DNA of 64,000 nt from Gammaproteobacteria bacterium (GTDB taxonomy: Bacteria; Pseudomonadota; Gammaproteobacteria; JBCCGL01). Shown here in pieces: positions 19,500-28,261 of the stretch. A program made the position numbers and the translations under genes. The stretch is taken from positions 2,464,001 to 2,528,000 of the forward strand of contig OZ255836.1 in assembly GCA_965277715.1 (NCBI GenBank), read 5' to 3'. Each line of letters begins with the position of its first letter. The stretch's first letter is position 1. A model generated the notes under the pieces. That model was not told where the DNA came from. It did not search any database and worked only from the letters and a program-made list of their open reading frames with translations.

Positions 19500-20447
19500 A
19501 TGAATACCCCTACCCCGATCAGCTACACAAAAATGCCGCTGGATCGTGCCAACAGTCAGCGTAAAGACGCACAATGGGTGCAGGCACAACTCAGTAAACG
19601 CACAGCGCAAATCGTCTGCCTGCACAGCAATCGAAACCTGATAAAACCATACAGTACGCTGGCATCAGCGGCCTATATCGACAGATCAAATGCCGATAAG
19701 CTATTGCCCCTAGCAAGCGAGACGGTGTTTCTTGGATTGCTGGGTGATACCCCTTATTTTGCTATTGACCTTAGCCATTGCGAGGTATTCAACCTCGACC
19801 TCAATGAAGGTGAATTTATCGACCTGCGCCAACTTGGCCCACTGATCAACGCCGAGGACGCGGCATTACTCGCCTACGCACGCGGCCTGACTTACTGGCA
19901 CGCACACAACCATTTCTGTGCTAACTGCGGCAGTGCAAGCCTCAGCATACAGGGCGGTCACGCACGCACGTGCAGCAACCCTGGCTGTTCACGACAAATC
20001 TTTCCGCGCACTGACCCCGCCGTTATCATGCTGGTTGAAGACCTCTCTGACGCGGGCAACCCCAAGTGCCTGCTGGGCCGCAATAAACGCTTTGCCGCAC
20101 GGATGTTTTCCACGCTGGCGGGTTTTGTCGACCCCGGTGAAACACTGGAGGAAACAGTCGTGCGTGAGGTCTATGAAGAAGCTGGTATCAGCGTGGGCAA
20201 TGTGCGTTATCAGGCGTCACAGCCGTGGCCGTTTCCGGCATCAATTATGCTGGGGTTTCGCGCTACCGCATTGTCTACCCGTATCAACACAGATGTTGAT
20301 GAGATAGAAGAAGCTTATTGGTTTAGTGCGCAGGAAGTTCGGGGGTTTGGCGAGTGGAGCGACGGTGGCAGCAATAATTGCCTGCCACGCAAAGACTCTA
20401 TCGCACGTTATCTTGTAGACACCTGGGTACAGGATGTGTTGCGTTAA
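19500..20447 (+). CDS. nudC: NAD(+)/NADH diphosphatase
   Basis: CANCG...C..C zinc site, FPRTDPAVI, Nudix box GFVDPGETLEETVVREVYEEAG, SQPWPFP. Confidence 0.95.
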   Translation: MNTPTPISYTKMPLDRANSQRKDAQWVQAQLSKRTAQIVCLHSNRNLIKPYSTLASAAYIDRSNADKLLPLASETVFLGLLGDTPYFAIDLSHCEVFNLDLNEGEFIDLRQLGPLINAEDAALLAYARGLTYWHAHNHFCANCGSASLSIQGGHARTCSNPGCSRQIFPRTDPAVIMLVEDLSDAGNPKCLLGRNKRFAARMFSTLAGFVDPGETLEETVVREVYEEAGISVGNVRYQASQPWPFPASIMLGFRATALSTRINTDVDEIEEAYWFSAQEVRGFGEWSDGGSNNCLPRKDSIARYLVDTWVQDVLR

Positions 20448-20618
20448 TTAACCCTCGGCATCGTCTGTGGGTGCACTCTTCTTCTCGTGCAGTGTTGAAA
20501 TATAATCTTCCAGTACCTGGCGTATTAACTGGGATTTTCTCAGCCCTTGTCCATGTGCATGCGATTCAATCGCCTGATACAGTTCGCTGGGTAGGTTGAC
20601 GGATACAGCATTCATCAT
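20448..20618 (-). CDS. 56-aa ribbon-helix-helix (CopG/Arc-like) DNA-binding protein, below the ORF-track cutoff
   Basis: Manual translation MMNAVSVNLPSELYQAIESHAHGQGLRKSQLIRQVLEDYISTLHEKKSAPTDDAEG; AGGTGA upstream of ATG. Confidence 0.75.
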   Translation of the reverse strand: MMNAVSVNLPSELYQAIESHAHGQGLRKSQLIRQVLEDYISTLHEKKSAPTDDAEG

Positions 20619-20756
20619 TGGGAGTTCACCTGTGTTTAACCAACGCGTAGTCTAATTGAAACTTTTTCACGGCACAATTTAAGAATATCTGCCAACGCCC
20701 TCCCCCTCTATACTGCCACTACAGTGTTTTATCCAAACCAATCATAGACTTATGGT

Positions 20757-22175
20757 TTAAATACCGCCAAACGCCGAAATATCCCCCGCCAACTGTCCCA
20801 ACGTAATCGGCGATATTGGTGGTCGCACCCGGTAATAATCCATTTTTTCCATCGATACACCGCGCACTTCGGCGATCAGCTCCGCAACAGTATTGCCACA
20901 CTGACGCCCCTGGCATGGCCCCATACCACAACGAGTGAAGGCTTTGGCCTGATTGGGACCAGGGCAGCCCAAGCGTGCCACGGCGCGTATTTCAGCGGCG
21001 CTGATCTCCTCGCAACGGCAGATAATCGTTTCATCTACTGGCTGTATAAAGTGGGGTAATGGGCGGTAAAGTGCATCCAGAAATGCGCGTATGGCGGTGT
21101 GCCTGCCCAGTGATTTGCGTAGCGCGACAACATCTCTATCACGCTGTTTTTGTGTAATTGCACCCAGTGTGTATGCAGCGTGCAATGCAGCAATTTGCCC
21201 CTGCAAAGCGGCGGCACGCGCCCCGACAACGCTGCCACCATCGCCTGCCAGTAAAATACTTTCCACGCTGCTCTGCCCCCATTCATCGGTTTGCAACTGC
21301 CAACAATATTGCTGTTGATGCCACTGTGCATCGCAACCGGCGGCCAGTGGTAGGTGTAGATTGGGAATGACGCCCTGGTGGAGCAGTAAAGTATCCGTTT
21401 CGATACTTTGCCAGGCACCTTCTGTTTTAAAGCGAACACTATGCAGACACTGATCACCTTCTGCTGTGATAGCCGTAACGTGTTTGTAGATGGGGACACG
21501 CGCCCGGCGGAGGGCTAACAGCATTGACGCGCCCTTGAGTAAATAGTCATACGCCAATACAGCGCGTGGCAATAGCGGTAATGCAGTCCGCAAAGCACCC
21601 GCAGCCTGGGTATCGAGTAAAGCGCGCACCTTCACGCCTGCGCGCAGATACTGCCAGGCCAGTAATATCAATAGTGGCCCACTGCCCGCCAGGACGACAC
21701 CGTTATCTGGCACCAGTGCTGCCGATTTCAACAAAATCTGCCCGGCACCGGCGCTCATTACTCCCGGTAGTTGCCAGCCGGGTAGCGGCATGGGGCGCTC
21801 TTGGGCACCTATGGCGATCAATACTCTGTCGGCACGGATAAAGTGGTTAAGCGAATCGATCAGCACACCCAGTTCGCACTGTGTCGGTGATATTTTATCC
21901 AGCGACCAAACTGTTGCCTGCGCTTTATAGTCGACCCTGGAATCGATAAGTGACTGCCTGAACGTGTTGATAAGTGACTTACCGTGACGGTAGTCGTTGC
22001 CGAGTAATGATGGATCGGGCAGATTATTGTGCTCGGTGCCACGGTAGATTTGCCCACCGGGGTGTTGCTGCTGATCGAGCACTAATGTATCGATGCCCTG
22101 TTGTGCCGCACAGCGTGCAGCGGCCATACCCGCCGGGCCTGTGCCGATAACCACTAATGGATAGTGTTTTTTCAT
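20757..22175 (-). CDS. Flavin-containing opine dehydrogenase/HcnB-like alpha subunit with BFD-like Fe-S domain
   Basis: GTGPAG, PGGQIYR, GAQERPMPLPGWQLPGV, ICRCEE, TRCGMGPCQGRQC. Confidence 0.85.
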   Translation of the reverse strand: MKKHYPLVVIGTGPAGMAAARCAAQQGIDTLVLDQQQHPGGQIYRGTEHNNLPDPSLLGNDYRHGKSLINTFRQSLIDSRVDYKAQATVWSLDKISPTQCELGVLIDSLNHFIRADRVLIAIGAQERPMPLPGWQLPGVMSAGAGQILLKSAALVPDNGVVLAGSGPLLILLAWQYLRAGVKVRALLDTQAAGALRTALPLLPRAVLAYDYLLKGASMLLALRRARVPIYKHVTAITAEGDQCLHSVRFKTEGAWQSIETDTLLLHQGVIPNLHLPLAAGCDAQWHQQQYCWQLQTDEWGQSSVESILLAGDGGSVVGARAAALQGQIAALHAAYTLGAITQKQRDRDVVALRKSLGRHTAIRAFLDALYRPLPHFIQPVDETIICRCEEISAAEIRAVARLGCPGPNQAKAFTRCGMGPCQGRQCGNTVAELIAEVRGVSMEKMDYYRVRPPISPITLGQLAGDISAFGGI

Positions 22176-22217
22176 TTTGCTGCTTGCATGGGAGTTGTGC
22201 CTCGATGTATTGCCTGT

Positions 22218-22541
22218 TTAATCAATGCTGCGCCCGCCTTGTGCCGATGGGGTCAGTGCTGCGGCTCCCTGTTGGCGTTTGAGTTGCATACCCTCCCGCA
22301 CTGTGACCATGCAGGCGCGCTGATTGGGTTTGCCGTCGATGTCCATTAAACAGTCGAAGCAGACGCCCATCATGCAAAAGGGGGCACGAGGGCTGGATGA
22401 GACCGGTGTTGTTCTCAGCGTGTTGTTTCCCGTTAGTAGCATCGCGGCAGCCACCGGGATATTGCCCGGTACTTCCAGTTTTTCACCATCGAGTGTTAAG
22501 CACACTGTCTCAACACGCGCATTATCAAGTTGTTTAAACAT
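22218..22541 (-). CDS. [2Fe-2S] subunit (HcnA/OdhC-like)
   Basis: RAPFCMMGVCFDCLMDIDG...RAC. Confidence 0.9.
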   Translation of the reverse strand: MFKQLDNARVETVCLTLDGEKLEVPGNIPVAAAMLLTGNNTLRTTPVSSSPRAPFCMMGVCFDCLMDIDGKPNQRACMVTVREGMQLKRQQGAAALTPSAQGGRSID

Positions 22542-22545
22542 TGAA

Positions 22546-22666
22546 CCTAAATTCCTCAGTTGAATCTACTGCGACCACCTAATGCACAGCATCTAAAGCG
22601 CTTTTACCAGCATTTCAGCTTCAGCACCTTAGACGCCCTCGCTACGATCCAACTGCGGAATTCAGG
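22546..22666. mobile_element. MITE family A, 121 bp, 21-bp imperfect TIRs and 5-bp target-site duplication TTGAA
   Basis: TTGAA|CCTAAATTCCTCAGTTGAATC...GATCCAACTGCGGAATTCAGG|TTGAA; TIRs match 18/21; further copies at 36988 and 40378. Confidence 0.85.
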
Positions 22667-23757
22667 TTGAACCGCTCCGCACTGAAATGCTCTAACAGCG
22701 GATGTGCCGCCTCTCCACTGATCCACCCGGCCACCGGCCCGGCGTGTACCGCAGCTAACGTGACGCCGCTGTGACAGGCGATGCCAAATGCACCGGGATA
22801 GTGCTGTGATTGTTGGTATATCGGTTTGCCATCGGGGGTCATCACGCGCAGTGCGCTCCAGGCGCGTACCAGTTGCACACCGGCAAGCTGCGGAAACATG
22901 TAGACGGCGCGTGCGGCAATTTTCTGCATTATTTCACCACTGCTTCGATCATCCAAACCAACGCTCTCACTGGAGGTGCCAATTTGCAAACCACCTTCCT
23001 GTGTTTGACGCACATGCAGCGTGGGGTAGTGCAGGAAAGGTTGTATGCGCTCGGTGATCAACAACTGACCACGGTTAGGACTTACCGGAATATGCAGGTC
23101 GAGCATCCTGCCAAGGCGCTGGTTGTCCAGCCCGGCACACAGCACTGCCTTGCCGCCAGTAAACGCACCTTGCTGTGTGTGGGCAATAAACTCACCACCA
23201 CGCTGTTCGATACGCTGGATATGCCGATTGGGTAGATAATCAACCCGGTATGCATCCATCTGTTGGTGCAATGCACGCAACAGGTACAGGGGATTAACGT
23301 GGCCATCGTGGGGGGAATAACTGGCACCAACTACATTACTGGATATTTGTGGAATACGTTTTTTCAGCGCAGCGTGGTCGAGCATGGTGTATTCAAAATC
23401 GTTATTCGTGTGCTCGCGCACGCGAACCATTTCATCGCTACGATCCTGCCATTCGGCATCAGAAATACAAAACTCCATACCACCAGGCCGACAATAAGCG
23501 GTATCCACACCACTGGCTTCGCGCAGCTCGGCATCGAATGCGGGCCATAAATTGGCAGCGTCATAAGACCAGCGCGCATAGGGCGCGTAATCACAGCCCT
23601 TGCCCTGCACCCACACCAAACCAAAGTTCCCCCGCGCCGCACGAAAAGCCCTGTCACCCTGATCGAGCACCGCGATACGCAGACCGCGCCGCGCCAGACC
23701 ATAGGCAATAGCAGAACCAATCAGGCCGCCACCGGCGATAATGCAATCGTAGTTCAT
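22642..23757 (-). CDS. FAD-dependent D-amino-acid-oxidase-family subunit (OoxB/HcnC-like)
   Basis: GGGLIG, ARGNFGLVWVQGKG, DGHVNPL, RAWSALRVMTPDG, CHSGVTLA. Confidence 0.88.
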   Translation of the reverse strand: MNYDCIIAGGGLIGSAIAYGLARRGLRIAVLDQGDRAFRAARGNFGLVWVQGKGCDYAPYARWSYDAANLWPAFDAELREASGVDTAYCRPGGMEFCISDAEWQDRSDEMVRVREHTNNDFEYTMLDHAALKKRIPQISSNVVGASYSPHDGHVNPLYLLRALHQQMDAYRVDYLPNRHIQRIEQRGGEFIAHTQQGAFTGGKAVLCAGLDNQRLGRMLDLHIPVSPNRGQLLITERIQPFLHYPTLHVRQTQEGGLQIGTSSESVGLDDRSSGEIMQKIAARAVYMFPQLAGVQLVRAWSALRVMTPDGKPIYQQSQHYPGAFGIACHSGVTLAAVHAGPVAGWISGEAAHPLLEHFSAERFNLNSAVGS

Positions 23758-23977
23758 TACTTAGTATCAGGCGTAGATAACGTTCATCATCAACAAGCAT
23801 TAATTCACATTAAAACTGCAATCCGCAGGGTGCAATAACATACACATATTCTGATTCCTCAAAATGGATTGTTTTAACATTTAACCCTCACCGGCAAAAA
23901 GAATTCCAAAGCATTGCGAGTGAAACCCCCTACCCCCACACAACCCGCGTGGAAACAGATTCAAAATTGACAGTAAA

Positions 23978-25159
23978 CTACCCTGCCACCGACATACGCC
24001 GCACCACCCAAACCGAAAAACCACTACTAACCGCCGCCACCACTATGGCCACAGTGTAACCTCCCGTTACATCGTACAACACGCCCGCCAACCACGGCCC
24101 AAGCAACCCTACCAACCCCCAAGCGGTAAACACCCGCCCATAGACCCTCGACGAAGCCTGAGCACCAAAATGTGCGATCACCGCAACCGGATAAAGCGCA
24201 ATAATCGCACCGTAACTAAAACCGACCACGACCAACCCTGCCAGTAACCACCGGGCATCCCAGGGCAACACACACAACACTAATACCGTAGCGGACAGCA
24301 GCGGCAGCAACGCCAACAAAGTGCCAATACGCACCCTGTCCGCCAGGACCCCGGCAGAGAGACCGCCAAGCATATTACCGAACGCAATCACAACCGCCCC
24401 GCCTATCGCCAACGATGCGCTGCCACCTGCGGCACGCACGATACCCGTCGCGTGGCCGATCACCATTAACCCCGCCAACGCACCACTACCGTAACCCAGC
24501 CACAACAGGCGTTGCAGGTGTACATTATCCGTCGACACCGCTGCATTCGAGGATTCAGGCACAAAGCGGGCACGGGATTGGTACAGCAGCACCCAGGCTA
24601 TAACCCCGGCCAACAGCAGAATCAACGCCGCAGTGCCCATGGCTGCGGCAATGCCACCCCGCGCCAACGCATAGCCGAACACAAACGGCGCCAGCGTTGC
24701 CCCCAGTGCATAGCACGCCGTCACCGTGCCCATCGCCAGGCCCCGGCGCGTCGGCATTGCCTGCGCACTTATTTGCAGCGCAAAGCCATACCCCACGCCG
24801 TTGGCGCTGCCGAAGATCACACTGTAACCCAGCGCAGTCAGCCACAGCATTTGCGACTGCCCGGCAATCGCGACGCCGACAGCGGCGGCGATACAGGTTG
24901 CCAATGCCAGCGCGGCAGCGGGTAAGCGCGGGTAAATACGGTGGCCAAACAATACGCTAACAGTGAGGCACAGCAATGCGCCCGAGTAGATCAAGCTAAT
25001 CTGTGCACGGTCTGCTGCCAGCAGTTTTTCCAACGGCTGTAGAAACACTGAAAACGCGTGTATCGAGCCGAGTACGGTGGTTAGTGTGATGGCAGCTAAC
25101 AGCGTCAGCAGGGGGCGTATTACGGGTGGGTCAGTTACAGGTAAATTGGGGGCTTTCAT
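23978..25159 (-). CDS. MFS transporter (oxalate:formate antiporter-like)
   Basis: About 12 hydrophobic segments; RRGLAMG, GVLADRV, VYGRVFTAWG. Confidence 0.85.
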   Translation of the reverse strand: MKAPNLPVTDPPVIRPLLTLLAAITLTTVLGSIHAFSVFLQPLEKLLAADRAQISLIYSGALLCLTVSVLFGHRIYPRLPAAALALATCIAAAVGVAIAGQSQMLWLTALGYSVIFGSANGVGYGFALQISAQAMPTRRGLAMGTVTACYALGATLAPFVFGYALARGGIAAAMGTAALILLLAGVIAWVLLYQSRARFVPESSNAAVSTDNVHLQRLLWLGYGSGALAGLMVIGHATGIVRAAGGSASLAIGGAVVIAFGNMLGGLSAGVLADRVRIGTLLALLPLLSATVLVLCVLPWDARWLLAGLVVVGFSYGAIIALYPVAVIAHFGAQASSRVYGRVFTAWGLVGLLGPWLAGVLYDVTGGYTVAIVVAAVSSGFSVWVVRRMSVAG

Positions 25160-25268
25160 TACACAGATTTTTCGCGCTCAGTGTCACCTTCCAGAATAAC
25201 GCAAAGAGAGCAGTAAATATGCATCTTTGCTAAGATATACCATCCCGCCAGCAAGTATGCTCACCGCA

Positions 25269-26363
25269 ATGTCCAGCAACGCCGACCACCTGCAACACTG
25301 TATTCAAAAAGTCGCCACCGGCCCTGAATACAGCAAAAACCTCAGCGTCGCAGAGGCATACACTGCTATGCAGTACATCCTGTCTGGTGAAGCTGATCCG
25401 GTACAGGCGGCTATTTTCCTGGTAGCACTGCGCATGAAACGCGAAACCGATGCGGAAAATACCGGCGTATTGCAGGCGATGATCAATGCCAGCCAGCGGG
25501 TAGTCTGCGAGGTTGATGAGTTGATTGATATCGCCGACCCTTACAACGGTATGCTGCGCGGCCTGCCTGTCGCCGCGTTTGCCGCCCCACTACTGGCCGC
25601 CTGCGGGCTGCCCGCTTTCACGCACGGCCTCGAAGCCGTCGCCCCCAAATTTGGCATTACCCACCGGCAGGTGTTGCGGGCAGCGGGAATCGGGGTCGAT
25701 GACACCCCGCAGCAAGTGGCCAAACAACTGGCCGACCCCGCGATTGGCTGGGGCTACCTCGATCAAACGCAGGCCTGCCCGGCACTGCACGCCCTGGTGC
25801 CCCTGCGCCAACGCATGGTCAAGCGCACGCTGATCACCACCCTTGAGGGCTTGCTCAAACCCATCAGCGCAAAATGCCACACCCACTTACTCACCGGTTA
25901 CATACACAAGGCCTACCCAACAACCTATGCCACACTCGCGCAGTACGCCGGTTACGCAACAGCGGCGATTGTACGTGGTGTTGAAGGTGGGGTTATCGCC
26001 TCCCTGCACGCACCGGCAAAATACTATCGTTGCCAACAACAGGGCGATGCCCGCTTCGTGCCGCTGGATCCCGCCGCGCTCGGCGTGCAACACCCCAGCC
26101 GGGTAGTGCCCCTGCCAGAGGCACTCAAACCAACAGATGACACCCAGCCACTGGACACGTCTGAGGCGGCAAAACGGGCCGCCGAACAAGGCGTGCAGGC
26201 GCTGCAAAACCGTGAGGGAATAGCCCGTGACAGTTTGATTTACTGCGCGGCGGTGGCGCTACACCACACCGGTAAATACACTGATTTATCTACCGCCGCC
26301 GGGCAGGCGCGCCGGGCACTGGCCAGCGGTGCGGCTTATCGACACTTCACTGCGCATTGTTGA
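25269..26363 (+). CDS. Anthranilate phosphoribosyltransferase-like protein (YbiB/TrpD2 family)
   Basis: IQKVATGPEYSKNL, ALRMKRET, VRGVEGG; lacks canonical TrpD GTGGD motif. Confidence 0.8.
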   Translation: MSSNADHLQHCIQKVATGPEYSKNLSVAEAYTAMQYILSGEADPVQAAIFLVALRMKRETDAENTGVLQAMINASQRVVCEVDELIDIADPYNGMLRGLPVAAFAAPLLAACGLPAFTHGLEAVAPKFGITHRQVLRAAGIGVDDTPQQVAKQLADPAIGWGYLDQTQACPALHALVPLRQRMVKRTLITTLEGLLKPISAKCHTHLLTGYIHKAYPTTYATLAQYAGYATAAIVRGVEGGVIASLHAPAKYYRCQQQGDARFVPLDPAALGVQHPSRVVPLPEALKPTDDTQPLDTSEAAKRAAEQGVQALQNREGIARDSLIYCAAVALHHTGKYTDLSTAAGQARRALASGAAYRHFTAHC

Positions 26364-26425
26364 TCGAAACCGATCCCGCTATTATCCCACCCTACTTAAC
26401 CCGCAATGCAACGGTACACTCCCCT

Positions 26426-26818
26426 GTGAAATTCGGCCTCCTCGTCAACGCCAGCCCTTATACCCACCAGGCCTCAGATACCGCCTGGCACTTTGCCTGT
26501 GCCGCCATCGACAAGGGCCACCAGATACTGCGTGTGTTTTTTTATCACGATGGCGTCTACAACGGCTCACAACTGCTGGTGCCACCACAGGATGAAGACA
26601 ATATCGCCGGGCGCTGGTCGGTGCTTGCCGGGCAACACGGGATTGATCTGGTGCTGTGCATTGCCGCTGCACAGCGGCGCGGTGTGCTTGATGAGAGCGA
26701 AGCCAGCCGTCACAGCAAAGATCACTACACTATCGCTCCGGGCTTTCGCCTCTCTGGCCTTGGCCAGCTTATCGAGGTCAGTATTGAAGCGGATCGACTG
26801 TTAGTGTTTGGCCGTTGA
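26426..26818 (+). CDS. dsrE: Sulfurtransferase DsrE/TusD
   Basis: PYTHQASDTA, RVFFYHDGV, PPQDE, active-site Cys in LCIAAAQRRG, SGLGQL. Confidence 0.9.
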   Translation: MKFGLLVNASPYTHQASDTAWHFACAAIDKGHQILRVFFYHDGVYNGSQLLVPPQDEDNIAGRWSVLAGQHGIDLVLCIAAAQRRGVLDESEASRHSKDHYTIAPGFRLSGLGQLIEVSIEADRLLVFGR

Positions 26819-26819
26819 T

Positions 26820-27221
26820 ATGAAAAAAAACACCCTTATCATCAATCGCACCCCGCCTCATGGCAGCATTTACGCCCAGGAGTCGCTGGACGTTGCGCTG
26901 ATGGGCGCCGCTTTTGACCAATCTATCTCACTGGCCTTTATCGATGATGGCGTGTACCAGCTACTGCGTGACCAGGCACCCAAGTCCATCGGGCGAAAAC
27001 ATTTTGCCGCCGCGTTTCGCGCCCTGGATGACTATGGTATCCAACACCTTTACGTTGAAGCTGATTCATTGCAAAAACGTGGCCTGAAGCGGGATGACTT
27101 GATCGATATACGCTGGATCGATGCGACCGACAACGACACAGAAAAGCCTTCCATCACCCTGCTCGATCAGGATGCACTGCGCGACCTGATCGACAAACAA
27201 GATACTGTACTCAGTTTTTGA
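26820..27221 (+). CDS. dsrF: DsrF/TusC
   Basis: PHGSIYAQESLD, AAFDQ, FIDDGVYQL; acidic C-terminal insert as in sulfur-oxidiser DsrF. Confidence 0.9.
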   Translation: MKKNTLIINRTPPHGSIYAQESLDVALMGAAFDQSISLAFIDDGVYQLLRDQAPKSIGRKHFAAAFRALDDYGIQHLYVEADSLQKRGLKRDDLIDIRWIDATDNDTEKPSITLLDQDALRDLIDKQDTVLSF

Positions 27222-27230
27222 GCCTGTTTT

Positions 27231-27563
27231 ATGTCCGTTGAATTAAATAACATCCGCTACCCAACTGACGAAGAAGGCTACCTCGATAACCTCAGTGACT
27301 GGAGCGAGGCACTGGCTGACGCAATGGCCAAAAAAGACGGCTATGCACTCAGTGAAAACCACTGGGAAGTGATTCGCTTTCTGCGCGAGTATTATCAGGA
27401 ATACCAGATAGCACCGGCCGTGCGCATTTTGACCAAAGCCATTGGCCGCCGCCTGGGTAAAGAAAAAGGCAATAGCAAATACCTGTATGAATTGTTTCCG
27501 TATGGCCCGGCGAAGCAGGCGTGCAAATACGCCGGGCTACCAAAGCCGACTGGTTGTATATAA
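27231..27563 (+). CDS. dsrC: DsrC sulfur carrier with both C-terminal cysteines
   Basis: TDEEGYL, HWEVIRFLREYY, LFPYGPAKQACKYAGLPKPTGCI (Cys-X10-Cys). Confidence 0.93.
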   Translation: MSVELNNIRYPTDEEGYLDNLSDWSEALADAMAKKDGYALSENHWEVIRFLREYYQEYQIAPAVRILTKAIGRRLGKEKGNSKYLYELFPYGPAKQACKYAGLPKPTGCI

Positions 27564-27574
27564 CCCTAACCCCC

Positions 27575-28261
27575 ATGCCGCTGCTAACCCTTGTTTTTAC
27601 CCTGCTGTTTTATGTAGCCACCGCTGTGTTTTTTTTCGGTTTAAGCTACCGTATTTACCGTTATGCAAAAACCCCCGCGCCGCTGCGCATACCATTAATG
27701 CCCGCTCCGCGCAGTTATGCCGGTGTTGCGTGGCGGTTATTTAAAGAAGTGATTCTGTTTAAAAGCCTGTTTAAAGCCAATAAGCCGACGTGGCTATTCG
27801 GCTGGTGCTTTCACGCCGCGCTGGTATTTATTTTACTGCGCCACTTGCACTATTTTTTTGACCCGGCACCGCTGTGGATGTATCAGATACAAACCTACAG
27901 CCGTTTTGCGGCAAGCGTGATGATGCTCAGCCTGCTGGGACTATGGGGGCGACGCCTGCTGGTTGACCGGGTGCGCTATATTTCCGCACCGTCAGACCAT
28001 TTGATGCTGGCGCTGATAATCGCCCTTGGCGCCACTGGTATGGCGATGAAATCCGCCGGTCAAACCAATCTGTTTGCCGTTAAAGAATTTATCCGTGGGC
28101 TGTTGTACTTTGACAGCCAGGCGTTGCCCGCCGACTGGCTGCTGTGTACTCACCTCGGCTTACTCGCCGGGTTAATGATCATCTTCCCCTTCAGCAAATT
28201 ATTGCACGCCCCCGGTGTGTTTTTTAGCCCCACACTGCACCAGCGGGATAAAGGCCGATGA
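27575..28261 (+). CDS. dsrM: DsrM membrane b-type cytochrome (NarI family)
   Basis: TPAPLRIP, WCFH...LLRH, RVRYISAPSDH, TH...FPFSKLLHAPGVFFSPT. Confidence 0.9.
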   Translation: MPLLTLVFTLLFYVATAVFFFGLSYRIYRYAKTPAPLRIPLMPAPRSYAGVAWRLFKEVILFKSLFKANKPTWLFGWCFHAALVFILLRHLHYFFDPAPLWMYQIQTYSRFAASVMMLSLLGLWGRRLLVDRVRYISAPSDHLMLALIIALGATGMAMKSAGQTNLFAVKEFIRGLLYFDSQALPADWLLCTHLGLLAGLMIIFPFSKLLHAPGVFFSPTLHQRDKGR

